20,925 bases of DNA from an uncultured delta proteobacterium (GCA_963712115.1 CAVQGX010000054.1:1-20925), one strand, 5' to 3'; shown: positions 1 through 8,488, counted from the first letter of the stretch. Notes: a model not told the origin generated them from the sequence alone. Numbers and translations: made by a program.

Positions 1-87
1 TCCCATGCACTTCCGCCATTAAGTATAACAATATCAACCACTTAATATAACGTAGACTGGACATGCCCTACCCGCTCTCTACTTGTC

Positions 88-129
88 GCCCCCACTGGCC
101 TTTCCTGGCTCTGTCAGTGGGGGGCTTTT
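88..129 (+). terminator. Putative intrinsic terminator
   Basis: GCCCCCACTGGC...GTCAGTGGGGGGC stem followed by TTTT. Confidence 0.5.
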
Positions 130-336
130 ACTTGCAATTTCTTCCCTCATTTTGTAACCTGACCGCTGCTTAATTTCCTGCAGTAGAGAATTTTCGCAAA
201 TCTCATCTGATTTCTTGCTGGTTTGACCCGACTAAATGAGACATTCAAAACATGGGTCTGACCAAAAAATTTTTTGGACGCCTATTAATTGAGGCAGTCA
301 CATCCAATCTAACCTATGGTGAATGAAGGGGAGATT

Positions 337-1248
337 ATGTACAGACGAAATATTACTCTGATATTCTTATCTCTCACTCTAATTTTGGGCTTTAGTGCGT
401 CTTTGTTTGCCACGGCTGATTTCCGCTCTGGCATCGATGATATTGTGAAGCAGATAGTTGATTCGATGGAGTCGGAGCAGAAAAAGAGAGTGGCGATTAT
501 GGATTTCAGGAATATAGACCACTCAGTTAGTGAATTAGGTATGTATCTTTCAGAGACGCTTATTACCAAGCTGTTTCAAACCAATAAATTTAAAGTAATA
601 GAGAGAAGTCAACTTGACCAAGCCTTACAGGAAATAGGGCTGGGACAAACAGGGGTTGTGGACCAGAAGACTGCTCAAGAAGTTGGGAAAGTACTAGGAG
701 TTGATTCGCTGGTTATAGGTACTATTACAGATTTGGTTGATAGTATAGACGTAAATGCCAGACTGATTTCTACGGGAACAGGAGAAGTTTTCGCTGTAGC
801 ATCGTCAGAGATTCAAAAAAATGTAGTAGTTGCTGCATTGATGGGGCAAAAGATCAAGAAGAAAGAACCTTCCCTTGCTGTCACAGAGACCCCGAAGGTA
901 ACTGAACAGACCGAAGAGGTAATACCTGAGGGATTTAATTACCTTGCTGTTAATAAGAGCGGTGCTCAAACTCTACTGACTGAACTGAGTTGGGATGTCA
1001 AAGGAAGAGATTATTTTACTTTTAATAGAAAAGGAGGGGGTAAGACCAAAGTTAAATTTAACGACTGTAAAATACTAAAATTTTTTGCCGAAGAAAAGAA
1101 AGGTAGTGGTTATATAGTCATGGAGTTAACAAATAAGAGTGGGAAGAAATATGAAGGAACCATTTATCACTACCGCTTTTACGGAACCTCTGATTTAGGA
1201 GCGTGGCAATCTTTCCCCTATGAACTAGAAGCAATATATGTGAGATAG
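337..1248 (+). CDS. Secreted CsgG/FlgO-like (TolB-N-type fold) protein with an unrelated C-terminal domain
   Basis: ORF 316..1248. ATG 337 preferred (GGGGAG RBS, then a signal peptide). Motifs RVAIMDF, FKVIERSQLDQALQE, GKVLGVDSLVIGTI and VNARLISTGTGEV are typical of CsgG/FlgO-like domains. Confidence 0.75.
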   Translation: MYRRNITLIFLSLTLILGFSASLFATADFRSGIDDIVKQIVDSMESEQKKRVAIMDFRNIDHSVSELGMYLSETLITKLFQTNKFKVIERSQLDQALQEIGLGQTGVVDQKTAQEVGKVLGVDSLVIGTITDLVDSIDVNARLISTGTGEVFAVASSEIQKNVVVAALMGQKIKKKEPSLAVTETPKVTEQTEEVIPEGFNYLAVNKSGAQTLLTELSWDVKGRDYFTFNRKGGGKTKVKFNDCKILKFFAEEKKGSGYIVMELTNKSGKKYEGTIYHYRFYGTSDLGAWQSFPYELEAIYVR

Positions 1249-1260
1249 AGGAACTATCCC

Positions 1261-1341
1261 ATGTTACGTCTTGGCATAGATTACGGTGGTAAATTCACTG
1301 GCTCCGCTTGTTTATACTCCCAACATCTTGTGCCAGAGTAA
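1261..1341 (+). pseudogene. 5' remnant of a RuvC-I-motif nuclease gene (Cas9/IscB-like), MLRLGIDYGGKFTG, fused to repeat linker
   Basis: GAGGA RBS at 1248-1252 and ATG at 1261. Reads MLRLGIDYGGKFTGSACLYSQHLVPE*. Sequence from ~1295 onward is the linker repeat. Confidence 0.55.
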
Positions 1342-1351
1342 ATTCCAGGGG

Positions 1352-1380
1352 AGTGTGAATTAAGGGATGTTATCTAAATT
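1352..1380. repeat. R-type 11-7-11 putative recombination site R1
   Basis: AGTGTGAATTA-AGGGATG-TTATCTAAATT; box CCCAACATCTTGTG at 1319-1332, 19 bp upstream. Confidence 0.85.
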
Positions 1381-1640
1381 TCTATAGTGATCGAAGAGCG
1401 TCTGCTTAATTCATTAACCGAAAAGTCACATCTCCTTTTCATACCTTCAATCCTGGCCGATATTAAGCCTAGGCGGAAGATTCCAACTTCTTAATCACAA
1501 AATATTTGATTATGATTGGTATGATTTCACAACTTTGTCCTGAACATAGTCAGTTACATGTATTTGTTTTGCTTTGATATTTGGTTTTCTGCCAAGATAA
1601 ATGGAGCAGAACAGGTATTTCTCGAATTGGATTGGTTGCA

Positions 1641-1669
1641 TTGACCATCTGCGTCAGCGTGCTTATGCT
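1641..1669 (+). promoter_or_regulatory. Putative sigma70 promoter
   Basis: TTGACC-N17-TATGCT upstream of the 1780 ORF. Confidence 0.45.
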
Positions 1670-1779
1670 TTTTATGAATTCTAATCTATCACATCCTTTG
1701 CGCTGTATTTTGACTCTGAGGACAACTATGGGTAGCTGACTCCTACAGGTAACTTATTACTGCGGTTCGAAATAAGGGT

Positions 1780-2772
1780 TTGGACAAAATGGAAACGACG
1801 AATTCGAATGGATCTCCAAAAAAGAGTTCAAAACTGACATCCTTGGGCAAACGGATCATCCTGATACTTCTTGGCTTTTTGCTTATTTGGCCACTCACAG
1901 TCGGTATTTACTGGCTGATTTACCGCGGATATACTCTGATCGATCCTGCGCGGTTCCCGGAACTCGACAGTGCTGTTCAAAGCGTCCTCAACGAAACGAC
2001 GCCGGAATCCGGTGAGCCACACAAAGGGGCTGCTTTGTCCGCAGCCATTAGGAATCGCCTCCAGGAGGAAATGTCTTCGCCTCTCGGCTGGTCGGTCAAC
2101 GACTTGTTGATCTCACCCACTCGCTGGCTGGACAATCGCGCCAACCGCCAGCGCGGCACCATTTTTGCCACCCGAATGCTGGTGAACTTTTACCCCACCC
2201 ACCTGGCCAAATACGGCTCGGCAGATGCGGAAAACCCACAACTGAAGGAAGCCAGGGAAAAACGGTTTGCGTTCACAGAAGACAGCTGGTGGTTTCCGTC
2301 AACGGAAAAAGAATACCGTAAAGGCATCGCGTCACTGAAAAAGTATGAAGCCGATCTTCTCGAAAATAAGGCGGTGTTCAATATGCGCTCGGACGACATG
2401 TACGACCTGCTGGTGTACATCACCGGCAAACAATTTCTCGATCAGCCCCTAGGATTGCTGGTACAGACTAACGCCGAGGTTCCCTACTTCGAATTGGACG
2501 ACCGGATCTACTACACCCAGGGGGTCGCGCTGGTTCTGCGCGACTTCTTGACGGTCCTCTTTCACCTTTATCCTGAGATTGGAGAGAAAGGCGGGGCTGA
2601 AAATATTCGCATCGCCATGCGGGATCTGCATCAAATATGCACCTTTGACCCCCTGATCGTGCTAAGGGGCTCCCATGACTCGATTATGGCGGACCACCGT
2701 GGCAAGATGGCCCGGTACCTGATCTCCGTTCGCGAACGTCTCAATGACGTTGCCCAGTCAATCCGACGCTAA
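1780..2772 (+). CDS. DUF2333-like membrane-anchored protein
   Basis: N-terminal TM helix. Motifs GWSVND..P..WLDN, SWWFPSTE.EY..GI, DDRIYYTQG and PLIVLRGS...ADH..KMARY recall DUF2333. Start may be ATG 1789. Confidence 0.7.
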   Translation: MDKMETTNSNGSPKKSSKLTSLGKRIILILLGFLLIWPLTVGIYWLIYRGYTLIDPARFPELDSAVQSVLNETTPESGEPHKGAALSAAIRNRLQEEMSSPLGWSVNDLLISPTRWLDNRANRQRGTIFATRMLVNFYPTHLAKYGSADAENPQLKEAREKRFAFTEDSWWFPSTEKEYRKGIASLKKYEADLLENKAVFNMRSDDMYDLLVYITGKQFLDQPLGLLVQTNAEVPYFELDDRIYYTQGVALVLRDFLTVLFHLYPEIGEKGGAENIRIAMRDLHQICTFDPLIVLRGSHDSIMADHRGKMARYLISVRERLNDVAQSIRR

Positions 2773-2823
2773 TCCATTTCGGTCAGCCCTGCCGCGGCGA
2801 AGAAACCTTAAAGGATGAATTCA

Positions 2824-2852
2824 CTCAAAGTTTATATACTTTAATCTGCACT
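2824..2852. repeat. L-type site L2 (outer arm degenerate)
   Basis: CTCAAAGTTTA-TATACTT-TAATCTGCACT; box TACAATATCTTGGC at 2872-2885, 19 bp downstream. Confidence 0.7.
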
Positions 2853-2900
2853 GCTGCCTTTGAGACCAAGCTACAATATCTTGGCTTAGACTAAGAAAAT

Positions 2901-2926
2901 GCGGAGTCCCTGGCTCCGCTTTTTTT
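2901..2926 (+). terminator. Repeated linker terminator hairpin
   Basis: GCGGAG-TCCCTGG-CTCCGC + T7. Confidence 0.8.
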
Positions 2927-2959
2927 CTCAACATCTTGTGCCAATATAAATCCCAGAAG

Positions 2960-2988
2960 AGTGTGAATTAAAGGATGTAATTTAAACT
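2960..2988. repeat. R-type site R2
   Basis: AGTGTGAATTA-AAGGATG-TAATTTAAACT; box CTCAACATCTTGTG at 2927-2940, 19-bp gap. Confidence 0.85.
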
Positions 2989-3617
2989 TTTAGAGCTATC
3001 AAGGCGAGTTTATATTGCTCATCAATATATGTAATCGATCTTGCCCCTATACGATGCCCTTAATCGTTGCGAAATATTTTCATCAGCCCATGGCTTAGTC
3101 TATACTCTCCAACCCAAGGTAATCTGCCTGCACCACTGCAAAGGATCAGTCAAGTCACCAAAATCTCGCACATATTGACAGAAGAAATAATGTGGAAATG
3201 TAATTTTATACGAAATCGAAAGAAAATAGCAGCAAAACCAAGATATCGTTGAACCGCTAAATTGCATGTATTATGGGTATCATATAGATATTTCTCCATT
3301 TCTTAAACATTATAAAAAATATAAATATCTTGGTATGTTACAGGGCTGTCAAAAAAATTCTCCTTGATTCCCCAAGGGTTACTCTCTGTGCATAGCTTCT
3401 GTAGATAAAATTTATTTTTTGGCGCAAACTGCATTTGAAGGATTTAGAATATTGGCTTATCTTTCAAAATTATCTTTTCGTGTGGTGCCAATTCCGAGGG
3501 CGGATATAGCTGGCTCAGAATTTATCATAAAGGGGGGTGATAAAGGGCAATTCATTGCTGCATAGAGATCTTATGAGTTTGTGATTGTAAACAAAGCAAG
3601 CAAAGAGGGAGAGGAAC

Positions 3618-4001
3618 ATGAAAAGAGCGACTATCATTTCTTTAGCTTTGATTCTGGGTTTTTGTCTGGTAGCAGGTGCTTTTGCTGCAGATAAAGATGC
3701 TATTCAGAAACAAGTAGATGAAATTGTTGTATCCATCGATAGCGGAAAAAAAGCTGATGACTTTAAGGATGCAGCACAAAATAAGCCCAACTATGTATTT
3801 ATAATGGAAGAAGGTGGACAGATGTTGGTGCATCCGTCATTAGTTGGGCAAAGCCTTAAGGATAAAGCAGAGCCTGTTTATAATGAGTGTAGTAAAGCGA
3901 CTACCGATGGTACATGGGTTGAATATGAGTGGCAAGGGAAGCAAAAAAACACTTATGTAAGAAAAACCAAGGATGGTTTAATAGTCGGAAGTGGATACTG
4001 A
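3618..4001 (+). CDS. Secreted single Cache-domain-like protein
   Basis: GGAGAGGA RBS; signal peptide ending AFA; YVFIM..G.MLVHP.LVG, GTWVEYEW, KNTYVRK and IVGSGY motifs. Confidence 0.75.
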   Translation: MKRATIISLALILGFCLVAGAFAADKDAIQKQVDEIVVSIDSGKKADDFKDAAQNKPNYVFIMEEGGQMLVHPSLVGQSLKDKAEPVYNECSKATTDGTWVEYEWQGKQKNTYVRKTKDGLIVGSGY

Positions 4002-4056
4002 GAGTAATTCCTTTTTGTCTAAGTATCTTGTGTCAAAGGTTATAGAGAAATCGTGG

Positions 4057-4098
4057 TGTCGCCCATAGAAATTATTGTTTTATGGGCGACATTTTTTT
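4057..4098 (+). terminator. Intrinsic terminator
   Basis: TGTCGCCCATA / TATGGGCGACA perfect 11-bp stem + T7. Confidence 0.8.
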
Positions 4099-4172
4099 CA
4101 TATGGAGCCTCTTTCAAGAACTCAAAACTCCTGAAGATCATCGTCCTCAGATGACTCGAAGGTAAAGACTGC

Positions 4173-4236
4173 TTCTAACCACTTAATGCAGCGGACGCGG
4201 TAAATTGTACCGCAAGATTTCACCCTTCCGTTAGCA
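4173..4236 (+). other. Degenerate integron attC site
   Basis: TTCTAAC, then ATGCAGCGGAC, internal GCGGTA/TACCGC stem, ends GTTAGCA; L' side pairs poorly. Confidence 0.55.
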
Positions 4237-4289
4237 TATTAAGTCCGCATCGGTATCCCGAAAGTTCACATACCTTAAGAGCCTGTTCA

Positions 4290-5765
4290 CTAATGCCTCA
4301 AGTTTCTTGATCTATCAGAGTTTATTCCATATTTCTGGATGATACTCTGACCATTTTGATCTACTTTATTCTTTTCCAATACTATTCGATAACCCATTTC
4401 GTCCAATATAACGTGGTATTTCCCTCCATAACTCTCAAACGCATTTACTAAATCATTCATGTTGGCAATTCTTTTACCATTAACATAATATACAATTTTG
4501 TCATGTACGTTATGGTAGCCCACGTTAATCTCGTCAGCAAGAACTTTTGACAAGATAACCATTTCTCTCTTGTCTTCGGTGGGTTGTCCATAATAGTATT
4601 GATTTAACAAATTTTTTGAAGCCTCATGATGCCACTTATCGCCCCACAACTTTAGGAAGTTTACCGTCAATGGCTGAAATACCAACCCCCCCAGAATAAA
4701 ATATGTGGGGGCCACGTCATATTGTTCATACGGAACTAATTGGAGAGGATTCGAAGGCTTGGATAGTTTCACCCTAAGGGTTATTACTTTATTCTTTCTT
4801 AATACCTCAAACTCTACTGTATCATTGATATATTTATTTTGAATTAGATAATTAAAAGATGTCCTTTCCCCCTCCCTAAACTCTATTGTCCCATCGTTTT
4901 CGACAGTTTTTCCGTCAATTGAAAGAATAATATCTTCTGTTTCAAGTATCCCCTTGGCTGGGGAATCGGGATATATATTGTATACCAACACCCCAGTCTG
5001 TTGGGCGGTCATATCATATTTGCGCTTTATGTCTGGATTCTCCATATCTTGCCAGGCTATCCCAAGATTTGGTATTCCGTCATAGTTGCCGTCTCTTATG
5101 TCAGTCAAAAAATGGTCAACGATAGGAGTTGGAACCATATAGCCAATATTCTCAGCATCGTTCCCTGATCTAGACTGAAAGGCTACTCCAACTAGTTTGT
5201 CACCCCTGATTACAGGGCCACCACTATTACCAGAGTTAATTGCAGCATCAATTTGGCAAGCTAATAAATCGGCCATGCTGTGGGTATATTTACGATTCTC
5301 AACTCTAGAAACAACCCCTTCGGTAATGGACAATTTATCGCCACCTTCTGGAAAGCCGTAAACTGCAACCTTATCCCGAATTTCTGCCAGAGATCCGATG
5401 TCGATGGGTTTGACACCAGAGAAGAATGAATCATCATTTACTTTGAGGATAGCAAGGTCACACTCGTGAGCTACAACTTCTACTTCTGCTGTATACTTCT
5501 TCGCCTCTCCTGCTCTCCTCACCTGAATAAATGTCTGATTTGCTACCACGTGGGCATTCGTTAGGATTCTTTTCCCTCTAATAATACATCCAGAGCCGTT
5601 TCGCGAATTTTGCCCCATCTTTTGCCAGGGCTCATAGTAGTCATATTTATTAGTCACAGTGTATATTTTTACCACTGCATCTTTTATATATCTATTTGCC
5701 CATGCAGTTGGGGTACTAGCGAAACTTAAGATCATCACCAAAAAAATCATTTTGCTGCATTTCAT
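4290..5765 (-). CDS. Deg/HtrA-family trypsin-like serine protease with PDZ domains (Do-like 2 type)
   Basis: Signal peptide; catalytic triad motifs TNAHVV, CDLAIL, DAAINSGNSGGP; PDZ motif PDSPAKGIL...DIILSIDG. Confidence 0.92.
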   Translation of the reverse strand: MKCSKMIFLVMILSFASTPTAWANRYIKDAVVKIYTVTNKYDYYEPWQKMGQNSRNGSGCIIRGKRILTNAHVVANQTFIQVRRAGEAKKYTAEVEVVAHECDLAILKVNDDSFFSGVKPIDIGSLAEIRDKVAVYGFPEGGDKLSITEGVVSRVENRKYTHSMADLLACQIDAAINSGNSGGPVIRGDKLVGVAFQSRSGNDAENIGYMVPTPIVDHFLTDIRDGNYDGIPNLGIAWQDMENPDIKRKYDMTAQQTGVLVYNIYPDSPAKGILETEDIILSIDGKTVENDGTIEFREGERTSFNYLIQNKYINDTVEFEVLRKNKVITLRVKLSKPSNPLQLVPYEQYDVAPTYFILGGLVFQPLTVNFLKLWGDKWHHEASKNLLNQYYYGQPTEDKREMVILSKVLADEINVGYHNVHDKIVYYVNGKRIANMNDLVNAFESYGGKYHVILDEMGYRIVLEKNKVDQNGQSIIQKYGINSDRSRNLRH

Positions 5766-5860
5766 TATCGCCTCCAGTGGGAGGAGTATTTCCTATTGAA
5801 CAAAGATAGCGTCACTCTTGGCAAAACAGGACTATTGTGATGAAACAACCAATGAATCTA

Positions 5861-5876
5861 AGCAAAAGCAATGCCA
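5861..5876 (-). promoter_or_regulatory. sigma54 -24/-12 promoter for the protease
   Basis: Minus strand TGGCATTGCTTTTGCT, GG and GC 12 bp apart, ~95 bp upstream of the start. Confidence 0.6.
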
Positions 5877-6037
5877 AGTTCAACGTTGAGATTCTGCTTT
5901 TATATAAGCCTACTTTAAAAAGACCATATATGGTGGGGCAATCTTACCAATTGAGGGATAATCAATGAGGTTTTCTATGAGGTATGATCTTATCAGAATT
6001 TGATCTTTAACACCGAACTCCGCATCAGCCCTCTGAA

Positions 6038-6066
6038 AGTTTGCATTTCATACTTTAATCCACACT
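6038..6066. repeat. L-type site L3
   Basis: AGTTTGCATTT-CATACTT-TAATCCACACT; box CACAACATCTGGGA at 6086-6099, 19-bp gap. Confidence 0.85.
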
Positions 6067-6130
6067 TTCCCTTTTGAGACCCGACCACAACATCTGGGAT
6101 TGTTGAGCTATTCATTTTTCAAAGAGCAAT

Positions 6131-6157
6131 GCGGAGCTATTGCGGCTCCGCTTTTTT
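6131..6157 (+). terminator. Repeated linker terminator hairpin
   Basis: GCGGAGC-TATTGCG-GCTCCGC + T6. Confidence 0.8.
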
Positions 6158-6219
6158 GTTGGCTTAGACAAAAACGGGAATCTAAAGAATTATGGAAAAG
6201 AACCCTGCCATAAATTGAT

Positions 6220-6235
6220 TGGCATAGACCTTGCG
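6220..6235 (+). promoter_or_regulatory. sigma54 -24/-12 promoter
   Basis: TGGCATAGACCTTGCG. Confidence 0.6.
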
Positions 6236-6245
6236 CTACCCACAC

Positions 6246-6317
6246 TTGTAGGCTAAAGCTTCTCCTTTACCACATATCACGAAAAGGGTTGCTATTAAGG
6301 CAATAGCAGCCCTTTTT
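6246..6317 (+). ncRNA. Candidate ~70-nt sigma54-dependent sRNA
   Basis: Lies between the sigma54 promoter and the terminator at 6282-6317; contains CTTCTCCTTT (anti-SD-like); 5' end inferred from promoter spacing. Confidence 0.4.
6282..6317. terminator. Bidirectional intrinsic terminator
   Basis: AAAAGGGTTGCTATT-loop-AATAGCAGCCCTTTTT. Confidence 0.75.
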
Positions 6318-6477
6318 GCTCTACGAAGGCTAGGGTTAGGCCATTGGACTGTGTACACAAAAGTATGAATTTACATACCGCAAAAGTGATTGAAAGACGA
6401 CAATATCCTAGAGTCAAGCTTGTAGATACCGTCTTCGGAAAAACCATTTAAGCAATCATTGGCGAGGGAGGTGCAAA

Positions 6478-6870
6478 ATGCTTGTGAAAAGAAAACAACA
6501 AATATCTCCTAGAGCTGACCTTAGATGGCAAGTGAACGCAGTAACTCCTAAAGGTCCATTAGAGGGAGTAACAAAAGATATTGGTACAAGAGGAGCTTAT
6601 GTATGTTGCGCTAGACCGCTGAGACTAAATGAAGTTTTTCATATGTCCATAAATGCCCCCGAAAAATCCCTTCATGTCAAAGCCGAAGTTGTCTGGTCGA
6701 ATAAATACGGCCCTGATGACGAAATTAACCCTCGTGGTATGGGTGTCCGCTTCCTAAAGATTTCATCTCAAGACCGAAAATTCATTGCTAAAGAGGTGAG
6801 CCAGCAGAGTGATGACGCACCAGAATTTGAAAAATTAGAAACTCTTACCCTGGAAGTGGGCGATGACTAA
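6478..6870 (+). CDS. PilZ-domain protein
   Basis: GGGAGG RBS; KDIGTRGAY (DxSxxG-like), AEVVW and GMGVRFLKIS motifs. Confidence 0.85.
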   Translation: MLVKRKQQISPRADLRWQVNAVTPKGPLEGVTKDIGTRGAYVCCARPLRLNEVFHMSINAPEKSLHVKAEVVWSNKYGPDDEINPRGMGVRFLKISSQDRKFIAKEVSQQSDDAPEFEKLETLTLEVGDD

Positions 6871-6974
6871 CTGAGGTTTTTCTTTGACTCCCTCTCTTGC
6901 TCTTATGTTCTCCTATTCCATAAAGTGAATCCTACCCTCGCCGTTAAAGACCTATTCGTTTTTGAGAGAACACT

Positions 6975-6998
6975 GCGGAGTCACTGGCTCCGCTTTTT
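6975..6998 (+). terminator. Repeated linker terminator hairpin
   Basis: GCGGAG-TCACTGG-CTCCGC + T5, preceded by the shared TATTCGTTTTTGAGAGAACACT motif. Confidence 0.8.
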
Positions 6999-7164
6999 AA
7001 TTTGCATTGGGTTTGCATTTGTGAGTCCGTGGGGTGAGCGTGGGGTTCATCCTGCTGGTGTGCAGATGCCCCCATCGGTTTGGTAACTGTCTGATGGGGG
7101 TAACTTTGTGACTCGCATTGACTTGATCATCCACAGCATTTGGTACCAGATTATATTTCAAGCG

Positions 7165-7189
7165 AGCGTAAATTAAGGGAAACCACAGT
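7165..7189. repeat. R-type site R4 (4 bp missing)
   Basis: AGCGTAAATTA-AGGGA..AACCACAGT; box CACAGCATTTGGTA at 7132-7145, 19-bp gap. Confidence 0.7.
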
Positions 7190-7229
7190 CCGCTCCCACC
7201 CCCCATGCTGCCTACTTACTGAAGTAGCG

Positions 7230-7245
7230 TGGCATAGGCTTTGCA
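7230..7245 (+). promoter_or_regulatory. sigma54 -24/-12 promoter
   Basis: TGGCATAGGCTTTGCA, 34 bp upstream of ATG 7280. Confidence 0.65.
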
Positions 7246-7279
7246 CTTCGAATCAGGCTAAAAATCGGAGGTTCCTGTC

Positions 7280-8413
7280 ATGAAAATGAAGCAAAGAACC
7301 GAAGTCATCGTATCAATATTGCTCATTGCTCTTTTCGCTTTAATGCAAGCTGCAACTGGATGCGGAGGCGGTGGAGGCGGTGGGGATGGAGGAACCGCTC
7401 CAGCCACAATAGACTCCACTACAGCCCCTCAGATTGCCACCGGCTTAGGGAATATAGCAGCGAGTACTCAATTAACCATTACTACTATTGGTTTGAACAC
7501 CGGAAGTGGTTTGTATTCTCCTAAGACGTTATTGCGTCACGTGGATCGTCTTTGGACTAGACAGGACGTGGCCATCCCCGGGACCGTACAACCACTTGGA
7601 TATGATTCTGCCACTTTCCCTTGTGCAGATGGAGGCGAGGTTACCATAAATGTCACGTGGGATGGTCCAGACAACCCAATAGATTGTAGTGAAATGAACA
7701 ATGTAAACATGGAGTTTGTTTATTCCGACTGCCAAGAGGGTATGGACACTTTGAACGGAACCATGGGGCTCTATGTGCCAGGTGACTCTTGCACAGATAC
7801 ACCCTCAGCTTTTGACATCTCGTTTACTAGCTTCAGATACCAGAATCCGCCGGAAGGCTCTGATTTCACTGTTAACTTCACAATGGTTTTTAATGGCCCG
7901 CAATACGACACGAATGACTACTTGGTGGGAGGTACAGTCTTATTTAACGGATCTATGAGCGGTTCTTTGGAAGGGACTTCAATGAATGTTACTTTTGACG
8001 CTTTGAATTTCGCTATGGCCGGAATGGCATATGATGCATTTGATGACATAGTGGAAGCGACTTTTACGATAAATGGTTCTATGTCTGGCAACATTGATGG
8101 GGATCAATTCAGTGAGAGATACCGCAATCTAGTTGTTCATTACGAACAGACTGTTCAGGGAGTTGATAGTGGCGAGGAATTTACTGTGAACGGCGACTAC
8201 GCAATAGGCTGTCTGGGTGGTTGGACCACTATTGAGACTTTGGTACCCGTATTTTGGCCAGATGGCGGTCATTGCCCAACCTCTGGGGAGGTAAGGATTT
8301 CTGGGGACGGAGAGGCCACAATTGAATGTCATAGCGATGGGAGCCTGACAATTTACGTGGATGGAGATACCTTAGATTATGCAAGCTGTGATGATCTGCC
8401 TCCGTGTATATGA
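7280..8413 (+). CDS. Putative lipoprotein, acidic, Cys-containing, predicted beta-rich
   Basis: GGAGG RBS; hydrophobic leader ending AATG-C followed by poly-Gly; paired Cys motifs (CADGG, CPTSG). Confidence 0.75.
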   Translation: MKMKQRTEVIVSILLIALFALMQAATGCGGGGGGGDGGTAPATIDSTTAPQIATGLGNIAASTQLTITTIGLNTGSGLYSPKTLLRHVDRLWTRQDVAIPGTVQPLGYDSATFPCADGGEVTINVTWDGPDNPIDCSEMNNVNMEFVYSDCQEGMDTLNGTMGLYVPGDSCTDTPSAFDISFTSFRYQNPPEGSDFTVNFTMVFNGPQYDTNDYLVGGTVLFNGSMSGSLEGTSMNVTFDALNFAMAGMAYDAFDDIVEATFTINGSMSGNIDGDQFSERYRNLVVHYEQTVQGVDSGEEFTVNGDYAIGCLGGWTTIETLVPVFWPDGGHCPTSGEVRISGDGEATIECHSDGSLTIYVDGDTLDYASCDDLPPCI

Positions 8414-8459
8414 ATTAATGCTTTAACAAACACAGTATTACTAACACTTCCGCAGTTTC

Positions 8460-8488
8460 GGGCAGGGTCATCTTGGCTCTGCCCTTTT
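8460..8488 (+). terminator. Intrinsic terminator
   Basis: GGGCAGGGTCA/TGGCTCTGCCC stem + TTTT. Confidence 0.7.

Noticed and set aside
1352-1380. Canonical XerCD dif site
   Set aside because: TTATCTAAATT resembles a XerD arm, but the spacer is 7 bp and the other copies read TAAT rather than TTAT.
2824-2988. Reading L-linker-R as a simple MITE with terminal inverted repeats
   Set aside because: Not fully excluded, but each end is itself a dyad, the outer arms vary, the two ends keep distinct spacers, and no target duplication is evident.
3067-3252. 61-aa TTG-start ORF
   Set aside because: No RBS or recognisable motif; AT-rich intergenic sequence.
6346-6412. Possible extra site (AAGTATG spacer, box-like GACAATATCCTAGA at 6399)
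   Set aside because: Arms lack ATTA/TAAT and the box is on the wrong side for that orientation; at most a relic.
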